64,000 bases of DNA, from NCBI GenBank assembly GCA_002633005.1, contig NMRA01000055.1:924282-988281 (forward strand), in the 5' to 3' direction. The notes beneath the pieces were generated by a model that worked only from the letters and a program-made list of their open reading frames with translations, was not told the DNA's origin and made no database searches. Positions 26,201 to 41,200 of the stretch are shown here, piece after piece (the stretch's first letter is position 1; each line of letters begins with the position of its first letter). Both the position numbers and the translations under genes were made by a program. The stretch is from Phoronis australis. Its lineage: Eukaryota > Animalia > Phoronida.

Positions 26201-29200
26201 AATTAGAAGCGCCAGTCTTTGATAAGAAAAGTTCCAGATTGAGAATTTTACCACGCAAGTATTCTAACTCGAAATCCTTAATTTCATGGCAAACACAGAG
26301 CATCTAGCTAAAAACAAATGGAGTCTAAAATCACCCTTGAGAGCCTAAATAATCAAGTGACTTTAACTTCTGTTAGATCCTCTGTACAGTAACAAGCTTT
26401 GAATAGATATATTTCAGAACATGAAACAGCCCTACACACTTACAGGAGTCCCAGGTGTTTTTGAGACCCACTAGTAGGTGCTCGTTAATCATAGGCGGAA
26501 ACAGGTTCTCAAAATCAGGAATCCCTGTAAGTGACTACTGTCCATGAAACAATGCATTTGTAATATCTACGGACAAGCAATCAATTTCTGAAGAGAACAC
26601 CAGAAATGTGATTGCACAGTGGCACGTAAAAATGTGATTGATCAATGTACGAAGACAAAGCAGGCTGTTGTCTTCTTCATTTCAAACCTATTTTTAACCA
26701 ACATAATCTCATCAGAGGTGGGCACTGCTTTCCGTGAGGGCTCTCAACACATGCGCACAAGTACAAGCCAGGGACAATATTATTGTCAATGCTCATAGTA
26801 AGTTGGCAAACTCAGGACTCAAAAGACGTCCATCCTGAAGTGAACTTTCCTCTTTTGTGGAGGTAGAAAAATACAATGCACACTTGACCTACTAGTCCAA
26901 ATGTCAGGCACTCCCCAGTTGATTAACTCAGCACTGATATCTGGTCGTCAACTGATTTCTTGGAGTCGGTATTGCTACTCAAAATGCAGTTTGCCTGCAT
27001 TACAATGATGAATTACATAATTAGGATAAAATAGTGACTAGTACTGCATGTGGAGAAATGTGAGAAAGCAGGACAGGTGCTTGACACATGTGTTGCATTG
27101 TGGGTAAATCCCTTAGAATAACAGTGGTGCTGTGCTATTTCAGGACAGGCCAATCAGCCGCAAGTGAGAGTCTGCAGCAAAAATCACTTCGCTATTCCAT
27201 TGCCCTTACCATGGTTTATGGTGCCACTAATCAGAAGATAATAAAGGCTGAGACACACCGACTTACCTGTAAGAGGCGAAGGCGCCCAAATTGGTAGGCA
27301 CCTGAGACATAAGGAAATGTTTACTTCGCTCCACCTGTTGGAGAACACGAGTAGTTTTTTCTGTCTCTGACTCCTCGGCCTCCTTATCGGAACCCGCGTC
27401 GTCCTTGGAGTCACGTGACGTGTTGTGCTGTTGATTGGATGCCTTCTCGGCGGTGACAGTGGAGTCGCGGTACCACTGGGCGATGTAGAACTTCCTGGCA
27501 AACTGTGGTGAGGAGTGAAAAAGGTGTTGGGAAAATTTATTTAACAGGGCATAGAGGGAAGGGGGGATGTAAACACAGCACGGGTGTTAGCACAACAAAA
27601 TGTTGACACATCGTAAGCTTAGTAGAGGGGGGAAGGGGTCCCATTCCTGGTTCCCAGGTTTTTTTGGCCCTTTTCCCAATGTCAAATTCATTTCAATCCC
27701 AGTTCCAATAAAAATCCATACCCAAAACAGTATTTTCTGCCCGCATTTCCCGAATCACGGCCACAAAGGGGGCCTGATCACAATTCCCAAAAAAGCCATT
27801 CCCCTTCGTCTTAGAAAGAATTACTTGACTTTAATGTACAGGAAATAAGTTTGCAAACTAACGTTTGTGTTACTACCATTGCCTGAGGTTTATAATATTA
27901 CCAAGTGAACTCAGCAAACATACAAAACGATAAACACTAAATAGAAGAAAACTCCCAATTTAGGATAATAATCACATACAACCTGCTTGAATTTTGAGAA
28001 CCAGTTTTCTCTACTAAATAATGGACATCAAACTGGTTGTCAAAATCCAGACACATTATATTCGACTGTTGCCAATTTTATTGCCTGAAGCTTCAGTTTC
28101 AAGTGCACATCTTCCAATTGCAAATTAATCAACATTAACTGACACCGCTCAATCCTAGCTAAAACTTTCAAAAACAAATTACCCAAGTGGTGAGAATTTT
28201 AATTGGAATTATTTTGATATATACTCACATCCAGCGCAGGGTCATTCTGGGAATTATAAGCTAAATAGTCCAACATGGCTTTCTGTAGTATGTGGGTTTG
28301 GTCCTTTTCAGAGTCCAGCTGTAAACAACACCAATAGAGATTCAGTCAGATTGTGAGTTGCAAACTAAGGGGTTTTAGCAATGAATAGCTGCAGACCACC
28401 ATCTTGGCATAGTTATGACTGTTAATGATTGTAAACTATTTGTCACTCGAGTACACAATCGCTTATATCGCAAATGAGAAGTTTACAAAGACGTGTTTGC
28501 ACCAAATGTGACTACAACCAAACGTATGGCTATCATGTTTGATTACTTGGCCTCTGGTTTTATACAAGTGCATCTGCGACCAATTAATTTGTTGTTTAGC
28601 AGAACACAGAGAACTATAGCCTGTGGACCGGCCAAGAATAATTCATTATACTTTGAGAGCTACAACCCGTGTTAAATTGAAACAACCAAAAAACAAATTG
28701 TCATAGCTGCACTCGTAGTCACAGTCTCTTCAACTGCATGACTGTGTAAAAAATTACTGAAGGCATATCAAGATATTATTTCGTCAAATAATATAGTCAA
28801 AAAGTCTATGCGTTTTGGAATAAATTACTGGATATCCCAGATCAGATATCCCAACACAAACATCTTAATTAGTCCTAACATCAAAAACTAGTATTGACAT
28901 CTGCCTCTCACAGAAAGAGAAGACACACTGCAGACATATGTTCCATAGATACAAGGCCCTTGCCAAAATGCAAGATCACGCAAGACATGGTGAGATATCG
29001 CCAAGTATTACAAGCGAAGCATGTGATCACGCTAGCTTCCTTCGTGAGATTCTTGCATCTACGGAGCTCAACCCAGTTGGCATCAGGTGATGCTGGGAAA
29101 AAAAGTAGGATCTCGACCAATTTCAAGTGGCATCAGGTTTTCGTATTTTCTTCATGAAAAAAATTATATAATCTTTCAAACAAGAACACAGACCAGACCC

Positions 29201-32200
29201 ATGTGATGCGCTATTTTTGTTCAGCCTAATGTTTCGAACTACATAAAGGAAAATTTCATCTTGAATTCTCTGCCTACACATGCCTGCATTGCACACTGAA
29301 TCACTGACAAGTAAGCTCAATATGCCTTCAGGGGAATAACCTTTCAACAAAACAAAAACGGAACAGTAACAGTCTTACTGGACACGTAGTTCGCTTCTTC
29401 TTCCTTTTGCCCTTGAAATCAACAGTGTCAAAGTATTGTAAACTTGAAGGAAGTAAACATCACCTTATGGGATGTAAACACATGAGCTGTGTACAGTAAG
29501 TCCTTACTTATTTAGCACACAATGTGGTCGACGAGTGAAATTATATTTTGTTAAACTTCCAACACAAAAGTTAAATTGAGAACATTTTAGTCTTGTTCCA
29601 GCATGGTTGTAGTGCGAAAATGTCATAAAATAACATTTACTAAAATTCCCATTATTTGTAAAAATATAATCAAAACTTGAAAAACGGAAAAATGACCATT
29701 TTGGTAATTCTTTTTAGCGAAGTGGAGAATCACCGTAGTAACCAGAATTGATTTCTAGGCTTGAGAGACTTACTATAAACAATTCCAATGTAAAAAAGGA
29801 TAGGAATGCAATGATATTGCTTTGTACAGCAAATGCACTTCAGAAAACAGTTCATGTTTTTGACACCAGGATATGGTTCGGAACCACTTAAACTAGCAAT
29901 CGAAGAAAAATGTACAATGAAAATTACAACCATGACCTCTCAGTCTAGTTCAGAGGTTAAACGTTCAAAAGTGAACAGCTACAGTTCTACATAGGGGAAG
30001 ATGGAGTGGATGTGGGGACGACCGGGATTTTCCATCATTTGCATAGTATCCTCCTGGTGAGAGAAAGCCCTGAATGTTATCGACTTAGCAGGGTTTGTAA
30101 TGACCAACAACAAAAAAGAGGAACGTTTCCAGATGATGCATCGTTCCACAAATAGGCTTATATGATGAAATGTTTTCGTATGATTAAATCAAAACAATGA
30201 TAAAAAAAGAGACAAATGCGAAACTTTACATCAAATCCAATTAAAGAGGAAATCCCCTTAAAAGTGGAAAATTCCAAGCTCTGAGTTTGATTAATCACTC
30301 GAAGTTTCGCTATACCTGCGGTGTCTTTCGACCACTGTTGGAATCTTTATCGTCTTCCGTAACTCGTTCAATGATTTCTTCAATGACGTCCTGATTCAAC
30401 TGACTAGATATGGCGTCCTTCCGCAGCCTAGCCGCAACTATGCCCAGATAGTCAAGAGAGGCGACTCTCATTGACATCTCCACTGACTTGTTGCTAAATT
30501 GTTGCACCTGAACAGATGGTGAGAAATTACACTTCACAAACCTTTGACGCCAAAGTGAGGAATTTTCATTGCACCAGACTACGTCTCAATTACTTTTCAC
30601 CGACTCAATAAGGCCACAAGATTGTAAAAATTTACAGCAGTCACCATTTGATACATGATGGCCAAATCTAGACCTTAATCTCTGCACGACCACGAAGTCA
30701 AACAATCTGTGTTTTTAAAACAACCAGTAACTGTCCGATTCTAATTAACTTACATTCAAAACACAAAAAGGCACAACACTAGAACAAAATCTTGTATTGT
30801 ACAGTGCATGTCAAGCATACTCTGACAAAATAACTGGGTGTTTCCTTTCATGACAGCTAGCAGCAAATAAAATTTACTCTTAAAGAGACTGTCCAGGGTT
30901 GTCAGGGAGTTTACACTACTACAGTTTGGATGTTGTCAGAATTACGAGTAATCATTTTCGACACATGAGGCGCTAGCTGTCACAATGTCAACTCGGGACG
31001 TGCTCCTATGACTTCTGACATGTTCCGTATACAATTTTCTTTTAAGATAGCGTGCAACGTACCAGTAATCGTCCTAACAAACTGAGAAGCAGCTCAGCGG
31101 CGGGCCACTCGGGCTTGTTAACCGTGGCTAAAAGATCCTGCACAAAGTTCTCAAACAGCGGACGGTAATCTTCCTCACCTTTGATTGCACATCTACAAAC
31201 ACACACGCAAGGTCAAAGGTTAACGGACGGCTAATCTAATTATTATAGCCTTGGTAACCAAAACTAGCCTACAGTTGTTGATTGGAAAACTGTCAATCAT
31301 GTACTGTTCTACAGGATTTAAGTGCCGCTGATAAACAAGTAAGGAGCTCTGCCCTACACTTGAGCACAATTGATCTCGCGTTAACACATGTCAATGTAAT
31401 GCAGGGTTGACAGTTTTCCAGTTGTAGACCCGGTTTTAGTGCCAGTGTGACTGGGCCTTTATGCAAGTTTAATGAATAAATCCATGACAGATGACCTTCA
31501 GAAATTAGTCAGAAATCATAACAATGGCTTAATTAATTTAGCTTATGCAGCCCTATTTTAATCTCTGTTAAAATATGCATCTCTTACTGGAAGCAAGTAA
31601 AAAATAGAAAATACCACAGAAATAGCTTGTTACTAAATTCCCATAGCCTTGGTTCACAGATGCGGCTTTCCCCATCTGCGCTAGCGCCCCCCCCAAACCG
31701 AAACTTTGACCACACGCGCATGACCACTCACTTTTTGAGAAATACTGATAGAAAATTATGCCCCGTTCTCATGGCAGTCTCGTACGACGTGACAATTACA
31801 ACTTCCTTGTCTACGTCCGTGGCTTTTTGAACCTCGGCTGGGTCTTCGACAGGCGATGCAGGCCGGTCATTCTCGACGACGGGCAGTTTGATGACGCACT
31901 GTATAAGCTGCAAGGCCAGGGCCGTCACCATCTGAATGTTCTGATCAGAGTCCATCCTGAAAATGGTAAAATTAACACTGAGAAGTGATTTAAATAAGGG
32001 ATTTCCTTCTCACTAACAGATGGAACATGCAAAGCAAGAAATAGCTGCATTTCTAGCTTCAATGCTTCAACAACAACTCTTAACTGAAACGCTTTGGGGT
32101 TTAAAGAATATTACAATCGTCTGATCAAGAATCATTGCACGACTCGTTCACGAAACAGCCTCTGGTGTGCCTGGCTCACCTATAACTCCTCAGGTTCCGT

Positions 32201-35200
32201 TTACTGCTGGGTAGCCGCGCGAGCGAGGAGAATATGTCCTCCAGTATCAGTTGACGGTGTTTCTCGTACTTGGAGAAGGTCGTCGTCACCAGCTTCATGG
32301 CATTGAGCTGAAGCTCGCTGATGTTCTCCACGAAGAATGGGGTGACACCTAGTGAGGACATCTGAAACGGAAGAGGGAGAATTGGTACAATGCTTTTACT
32401 AGTGGTGGAGATCGGTAAAGTTTTTCAGAATCGATTAATCATGTTTTCAATTCAAGGCTCGATTATGAATACTACCCACCTGTAAGATGACTGTATCAGT
32501 CAGTTCCTGTACATCGACCAATTCACTGAGGCTACCTATGATCTCTGTCAGCTTGTTGTACAGAGACAGAGTTGACTTGTGTTTCACATGCTTGGCGTGC
32601 GCACGCTTCATACGCACACTCATGTATTGTCCTGGAGCAAACAAAAGATAATGTGAAACAAACGATCCTTAATGACAAAATACAATAGCCTTCATGCCAC
32701 CACCAACTTTGAATTCACAAGGTGGTTTAATCGAAACAATGAACTTGCCTGAAAAACATGAACAACAAGGTACAGTATCATCGGAATTTATCTGGCTCAT
32801 GGCAAAAAATCCAGAAGGAAAAAAGACAGAAAAAGAAACACTGAATCACATGAAAACTAGCTGACCATTGGAAATTTCGCCAATTTTCAATGAGAGGAAA
32901 TTTCATCATTTTCTGAACAACTTCTGCAGCTAACAAAGCTTGAAGCCGATTGTGTCTTTTAAGTCATCAAACAAAACTTGACTTTCACAAAGTCACATGG
33001 ACAATCGAAATAAACTTGAATTATAACCTGTTCACTTGCTACAATCCAGCTCTCACGATATACCGGTGAGCTCTAGAATATGTAGGCAAAACAATCTTGG
33101 ATAATAATGGCTAAGCTTAAATGGCATTGGTCAAGCTTGAATAAGCTCATACCTTTTTAAGCTTAATTAATACACCCCCATGAACTTAATGAAGCATAGC
33201 TTAATGCCAGTAGGAAACAACTTCAGTACCCACCTTTGGGCGTCTCCTTGTACACTGGATCAAACTCTGGATATATAGTGTTGATTAGCTGATATTTGGT
33301 GAGGAATACCAGCCTGTCGATTACGTCCTCAATGTAGACTTGCTTGGGCATATTAGGGGAGGTCATCACATGCAGGGCGGTCAGCGCGGCGTCCACGCTA
33401 CGGTTGACCCTCTCCATGGTCAGTTCCTTCCACAGGCGAGACTCTTCCTCCCCTTCATCGTCCTGACCAAAATATTAAATATCAATAATATACAAAAATA
33501 TTGAAGCAAAATTGATTGTGCACATCCAGGGCTCATAAACAGGATCACTATTGTCTTGGGACACACAAGTATTTCATTGGCAAGTCACGTTTCTAGCCTT
33601 AGAACGAACGAAAAGCATGTTCTGTAATCAGAAAGTTTCACTTAAATTTTCCCCAATTAAACCTTGTCTGGACTGAACACCTTGTCAAGGCTGTACTTTT
33701 GGAGAGTCAAGCAGTCTTGAACTTCTCTAACCTCAATGTGAAGTTGTGAATTTTTGGGCTTCAGGGTTTGAACTTGCTTTTGGAATATGGAAGCATATTT
33801 CAGCTTCCAGTTAGGAAAAAACAAAACATCGAAAACAATAAAAATATGCAACTCAAAGGTTATTTCAATATCTGTCTAAACATTGATTTAATTTCTAATT
33901 GTCTACTTTCACATTATTAACCCCCTCTGAAAAAAGAATTCATATAACAAAGCAATAAGCGAATGACAATATTTGCCTGGGGAGGCTGATCAAAAGACTG
34001 AACAGCCCAGGCCACCTTCATCGCCAATCTATCAATCAAAATTCCAACACACCCCACAACACTAACACTCACGTTTTCTGTAGGCAACATGAGCACCCTT
34101 GCCCCATCACGTACATTCCACTGTAGAATTGTTAGCAGTTTCACTAGCCTCTCATAAGGAATCTGAAAGCATGCATCGTGTATCATAATACAACCACAAC
34201 AACCTTCAGAGAACTGTGCTTACAGCCACTGCAACCTAGCTAGACCTACGTACAGGTATCGTCAACACTGGCTTTCATCATAAGCGCACTTGCTCTTGCA
34301 AAGCAACGCCACCGCATTTTTTGCATTGAAATTGGTTGCAATAAATCGCCTGAATTCTGATGGCCATATTGCCTTGGTGGCTGGAACATGACGTGATAAA
34401 GGGAACTTAGCGTGCATGATCTGAAGCTATGGCGACATGTCGGTTCTCCACAAGCCTAGAAATGTCTAACCTGAGCAAGGAACAAGATGAGACCGATTTC
34501 ATAGCATTACGTGGTCTGAGTCAAAACATGGTTGTAGATAGAAGGCTACATATATTTCATAGCATTACATGGTCTAATTCAAACTTGGTTGCAGATAGAA
34601 GGCTACATATAACTTGTTGCCACTCTAACTGAACTGACTTCCCTTCAGACGCTTATTCCCAGCTTATTCCCATAGTCACAATAACCAAATGAGAAATTCG
34701 AAAAACTATAGCTATTTGAAATAACAAGTTATATTGTGTTCAGCTTCTTAGGCGTTAGTCAACAAAATAGATCTCCATATAAAAGAGACACAGGGAACTT
34801 TCTCTACAGAACCAGAGGCTGTACAGTTTGACACAAGGCAACAACATTTTTTGCCCATGTTCCCAACAATGAAAGTGTGAGTCGGTTAAAACACAGACAA
34901 TGAACATTATGAGATAGAGTAAGGTACAAAGCCTCCCATATCACAGTCATAACAAATACAGCTTTTCTCTTTTGGTACGTAATTTTTTGAAAAGTTTCTT
35001 AATACGGAAATAAGTGAGTAAACTGATTGACTTTGTGGTACAAACCTCATTCATAACACCCATTGTCTTCAACTTCGCTGCCTCACTGCACAGATCTGAG
35101 AGAAGATTTCGTCCAATCAAGGACTCCGGTGGACATGCAGCGTCGTCGTCCTCTGCAACAACAGAAAACATCATCCGAACTGACAAACCGACGACAATTC

Positions 35201-38200
35201 AACGATTAAGTGAGCTAGCTTAATACCATGTAGACCTGATCAAAAAACATTCGACATAACGTCCATAATTTGCATTGAGGTAATCAGCTCCTGAAGCTCA
35301 GAATAATGACAATTATTTCTGTGTGAAATAAAACACCATACCATTGCTCGCATTTTCACTAAAGGTGAAGAAATTTTGGTACTCCAAAAACGTCATTTTG
35401 AGACAGGTTCTTTTGCTTACACCAACTCACGTGTGTTCTCTTACTCATTCAATCACAACCCTGACTACAACTGACAATATATTGCTAGTAATGACAAACC
35501 TAGATCTATATTAGTTAAGTCAACTTCTTCAGCCTGGTCCAGAATGGTATCTATGTAGCTGTTGAAGCGCTTGAATGTCGCCGTTTCCATCAGCTCATCA
35601 GTCGACAAGTTTGTATCGATAACGGGTCTTCGTATTTTTTCCTTCTTTTTCTTCTTTGGCACTGTAAACAGTGAAACGAGGCGTAAGGTACGACCAGTCA
35701 CACATATAATGTATATGTGCCCATTTAGGCCCGCGTAGAGTTGTATTTGAAGCTACGCCTATATTCGAAGTAAGGCCTGTATGCAAAAATTTTAGTAAAA
35801 CCAAGGTCTGGGCTTGATTTGGTGACCTGAAGGACACCAATGCGGTTTCAGGTTTTGTTTGATGACCTGGTAAAATCCCAGGTCGCCATGTCACATTCGA
35901 GGATGCAATCAAAATACTACAGAAAGTTGGAAAGATTCCGCAATAACTGAAAGGATTTGACTGTGTTCGTTTGCTCCGGGACGTGGGTTTAAGCTCGAGA
36001 TATTGGTCCGAAAAGAGAGAAATTGGTTGTCAATGAGGACGCAGGACGCTCCTAATTTTCCATTCGAGCAAAAAAGTTCCCATATGGCAACCTGGGAATT
36101 TGACTAGATCGTACTAGGAAAGTTGTGGTTAAGATAGGCATACAGCTCTGAATGTGCAAGATAAAGATGTTTAACTGTTTTCACTTCAAAAAGGAAAATG
36201 ACTGAAAACTCATAAAGGACAGCCATTTAAGACATGATCACCTGAGTGTACAAGAGACACTCACCTACATGTGAAGCCTTGGCACATGTGCCCTGTACGA
36301 GACACATAAACAAAAATTATCTTCCAAAAAAACACATTACGCATGTCAAGCATATATGTACGGGTCTAAATACGCGCTTATGACAATGGCCACATCAAGA
36401 CACACCGTTAGAGGGCGACTCCGGTCTGTACTCTGTCAGAGTTTCCGTCATCGTAAACTCTCTGGTAGGGGGCGCTTCATCCTCATCATCGTCCTCATTG
36501 TAGTTGACTTGCCGGCTCCGCCTCCTCTTGACGCGCTCTGTCAGCGACGCCGCAAACTCGCCGTAAGCGTTAAATTCTGCACTGGGATCCCACTCGCTGT
36601 CTTCACGATGTCTTTTTGTACCTGAGAGAAATTTTGAGAAACAGTCAGTGTAAAATCACGTAAATGAGCAAGTGAATTTATAATTGACAGAAAAAAATAA
36701 TGAGTAAGAAACAAAACCAGCGGCATATCAACAACAATGTGTTTTTGAAACTTCATATCAACAAAACTTGGTGTGATCATTGATTTTTTTGTGAATTTGG
36801 TCTTCCTACTGCTGGTTCAAAAATTAATATCTTAAAGGCAAGCGATGCAGGAAATGCATACATAATTCGAAAAATTCGATACACTGTATCCTTATACTCA
36901 CACAAATGTTTCGGGAGTATCAAGCTACATTTGTCAGTGTGGTGTCCCTGATTTGGTTAGCCATTTTTTTACAGCTGTAGACATGGTGGTTATTGAGGCA
37001 TATTTTGTGTACAAAAATTAAGTACCCAAAAGTTTTCAGTTTGCGCCGACAACGTGGGAAATCAGTGAAGCTTGGTGTTATATCAGAGAATGGAGTCATG
37101 TTTAATGACAAGTGACAACTTGAAACATTATATCAAAATTTTCAAAATATCAGAGAAGTCTCAATTGTCGGAGCTTTTTTTGGTGATTTTTGAATGTGTA
37201 AGTCACATCAATTTTGCCATTGTCACATATACGAGACATAGTACTTTCAGTGATAACAATGAATTTAATTCTACAATTACAGAAAAAAAGGAACCCAACA
37301 CAAATTACTTGGCTCAACATTTTGTCACGTAATTCTCAAAATGAATTTCAGGCAAGTAGGTTTTGTCACAGAATGTCACCATGTTACAGGGAGTCACAGA
37401 ATATCACCATGTCTCAGGGAGTCACAGAATGTCACCATGTCACAGGGCGTCACAGAATGTCACCATGTCACAGGGAGTCACAGAATGTCACCATGTCACA
37501 GGGAATCCATTCTCTGTTGTATAATTGACGCAGATGTAAAGACAAACTGGTTTTCACAGCCTGCAGAATCTTGGAATGACATTTGTTTTTGGACAACACT
37601 GATTATCATTTTTGAAAAATTCAATGCGAGTGTTTTTGATGGCGATAGACTTCAGCTTGAGTAGTGCACCATCTTGTTCACTAAGGTACCTACTACACTT
37701 CCTCTTATTGTTGACATCATGGACTAGAATAATGAATATTTATCTCCATACGATATCAATAATATAAGGCAGCAAACTGCCGCGTAAAGGCATCAAAGCA
37801 GAATAATACTCACCTCTTTTAGACGAGTCGTACCCACTTGCTTTAGTTGATGTTCTACCTTTCAAATCCAGTTTTGTTACTGCAAAGAAAAGATAACAAG
37901 TTTAATAGCAAGCTCAGACAGTACAACACACCCTAGAACATACTTCTGGTTAAGGTATCATAACATTACAAGTTTAATAGCAAGATCAGACAGTACAACA
38001 CACCCTAGAACATACTTCTGGTTAAGGTATCATAACATTACAAGTTTAATAGCAAGATCAGACAGTACAACACACCCTAGAACATACTTCTGGTTAAAGT
38101 ATCATAATCATACAATTCTTAACACATAATTGAATTGACCATGAAATAAATTTGGCTTCCTGAACAACGTTCAAGACCTTGTATCGTTAGCAGTACAAAT

Positions 38201-41200
38201 TGGCTTCACAAATGTAATTCCGACTATTTTGAGAACATTTGTGTACACCAGCGAAGGCAGGTACTGGTTTGTGATAGAAACTTGTCCAGAAACATGAGTC
38301 TTCCGAGTGAGGTGAATGTTTGATGAATTCAAGCAAGTAACAAAGGCTTGAATATATTCACTTCCAAACCCAGACTTTAGAAAGTATTAATAGCCCCACA
38401 TCAGTTTTATAGGAAAATATCCATGACGCTACTTCACGATGTGAATCCCTCATGACAAGAGGTATGGATGACTGTACAAAATCAATCATCAATTCTCCAC
38501 CAGTGTCATTAACATTAAAAGGACATTATTGGCAAGAAAAATTGTTTTCTAAGATCAGCCCTAGCATGGATTAGAACACAAAACCTTCACTGTCCCAGTC
38601 AAAGATTTTGCTAGCGGACCTAAATCCAACTCGATAAATGGTGGAGTATTTTAAGCGCACGTAACTGGTTGAGTGACCAGCCACGATTTCAGTGAACGTT
38701 AGGCAGACAATGTCAAGAACGGGTGACTTGCAATACAATCTCAAAAACATTATGGATTTTACTGCTATGTAGCTTTAGCAAAAGCTAATAACTTCAGCAA
38801 GTCTATCCCAACCAACAATACCCAAAATGCCTTTTTCGGATGCAAATCCGATTGTTTTGCCTGAATCCACGTCCGTGTTTGTGTAAACAATATACTCACA
38901 CTTCAACTGCGGTGTCATCAACTGGATTCCCTGAAATCAAAAAACAAGCTGTGTAAACACAAAAAAGCAAGGAATAAAAAAATACACCATTCACAGTAGG
39001 AGCTAAAAGTATTTAAATAAAATGACCCGGAAATCCCCGTGATGATGGCTGTGTGGAAGCTGAGCTCGGTAATACTTAGTCTTCCCACAAGACCGAGTAT
39101 GTACAGGACAGTAAATAAGGTGGCTGACCCTTTCCATAATAAAAATTTTGCCGCCCGAACAGTCATTGCTACTAATTTTTGCTGTCAATAGACTTTGCTG
39201 TCACGACAGGAAAACGGTATTTTGTCCGATTACTTTTGTCTAAACATGGAAATTGTGGACAAGATGTCTTGTACTGCATTTGTCTCATGTATGACAAAGA
39301 CATTGTCGATTGGTCTTTGAAAACTACTGTAGCAGTGAATTCGGTGTAACCAGCGCACCAACACGTAGAGATTTCACGGCAAAAGACTACGAAGGCATAT
39401 CTTAGAAAATGATATAAACTAGACCTTGGCTCGTTACACACCTCAAAGGTATTGGACTGATCGTGGTCTGCTGGGGTGGCTGGGAGACTCTGTGGCAAGA
39501 CCTGGAATAAAAACACGACACGTCTTAAATATCTGCAATAAAAACTGACCTATTGAGAAGCTCGTTATGCAATGACTTAAGGTTATGTAGGACCTTATCG
39601 AGAAGCCTGTATTTGGCCAAATATCAACAAAGTATAGATTTTTAAAACTTAGTAAAAGAATGTTTTCTAAAAGTTGAAATCTTGTAAAGCAATGATTTGT
39701 AATCTCCCTGTACTATTGGGTCACGTGACTGTATCTTTTCTGGTAAAATTTAACAAAAAAGAAAGATGCATTCATTGCAAAACAATAGTGACAATAACAC
39801 TATTAAGTTTCATTTGATACAAATGTTCAAGATGCAATCTCAAAAGCGCTCTTACAGTTGCGTAAATCATCATTTCATTTTTTGCAACTGCTATGACGAT
39901 GAACTCAGCTTCTACCCTGCCGTCATGCTGGGGGATTCTGGGTAATCTTGTCGGAATACTTTTGGCGTGTATAGCACTACTTACACTTTCATCTAAGGGT
40001 TCAATCATCACGACAGGCTTCTTCGTTTTGCTCTTTTTCTTTCTCGTGTCTCCTGTGCTAGACCTGGCTTCCACACCATGACTGGAAAAATAATAACAAA
40101 CATTTACTTTATCGACACTTCACAGCCCAGAAAACAAGACTTGAAACGTTATTTGGAGTTTACAAGTCACTTTTGAAAAATGACTTATTCACAATGTCTC
40201 AGTAAGTTAAACAGAAAGAAGAGTTAGCCACAAGGAATATGGGAAACAGTGCTCAGCTCAGATTACATTTAAATTTAATCAAAATTTTCAAACGTGGAAA
40301 TATGCACCATAGCGCATCAAGTTTTGGTAAATTAAAAAAAATTCTCCCTTAAGGACTTATCAAGATGATAATGCATGACCTCTTCCACACCATCAGTAGG
40401 TCACACATGTACTAGTGAAAAATCAATGCATAATCCCCGTTCATATTGTAATCTTATTATACTTGAGCTTACTGCAAGTTTTCCAAGAAGCGAGTTTTAT
40501 TTACCACAAATTTCCAACAAAACAATTTCGACAACCCGTCGCTACCAATTTTCGCCACTTTTCATGAGAGAGAACAATGCATATAGAAANACTGCAAGTT
40601 TTCCAAGAAGCGAGTTTTATTTACCACAAATTTCCAACAAAACAATTTTGACAACCCGTCGCTACCAATTTTCGCCACTTTTCATGAGAGAGAACAATGC
40701 ATATAGAAATCCACAACAAGCGCTCTTTTCACAATCCCGCACCCGCCGATGAGAACACACAAATACGAAAAACAAAACAAAATACCAGTACCTAGTATCT
40801 GTCGTGGCCGGTGGCATTTCGAGATGAAACGATGGCTCAATCTCGTCGAGGGAGCTCACGTGACTATCCCCGTCCTGCCGATGGTCGACAAGCTGTAGCG
40901 GGTCCTCAGAAAGGGGAGCGGCATTCGCTTGAGCAGGTGAAGAAACTGAAGGACAATGGCAAGATTATTACTTTGTGTCCAAATATCATTCCCCGTAATG
41001 AGTGACCACGCTCCAGTCAGTGCTCCACTTCGGCAAAATCAAGCACATTTCCTAACATTTCACAGGGCACAGACAGAAATCAGTTCGTAAGGTGGAAAAT
41101 ACGGTACGCACATGACAGATATGGACAGAGAGAAATTTAAATACTTTTCAAATGACACATCTACCGAGACCACCAAACACTACTCGAGACTCCAAATGTC

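Noticed and set aside
37214-37664. ORFs with His/Cys-rich repeats (TECHHVTG, MSPCHRES)
   Set aside because: Translations of an intronic 28-bp minisatellite on the strand opposite NIPBL.
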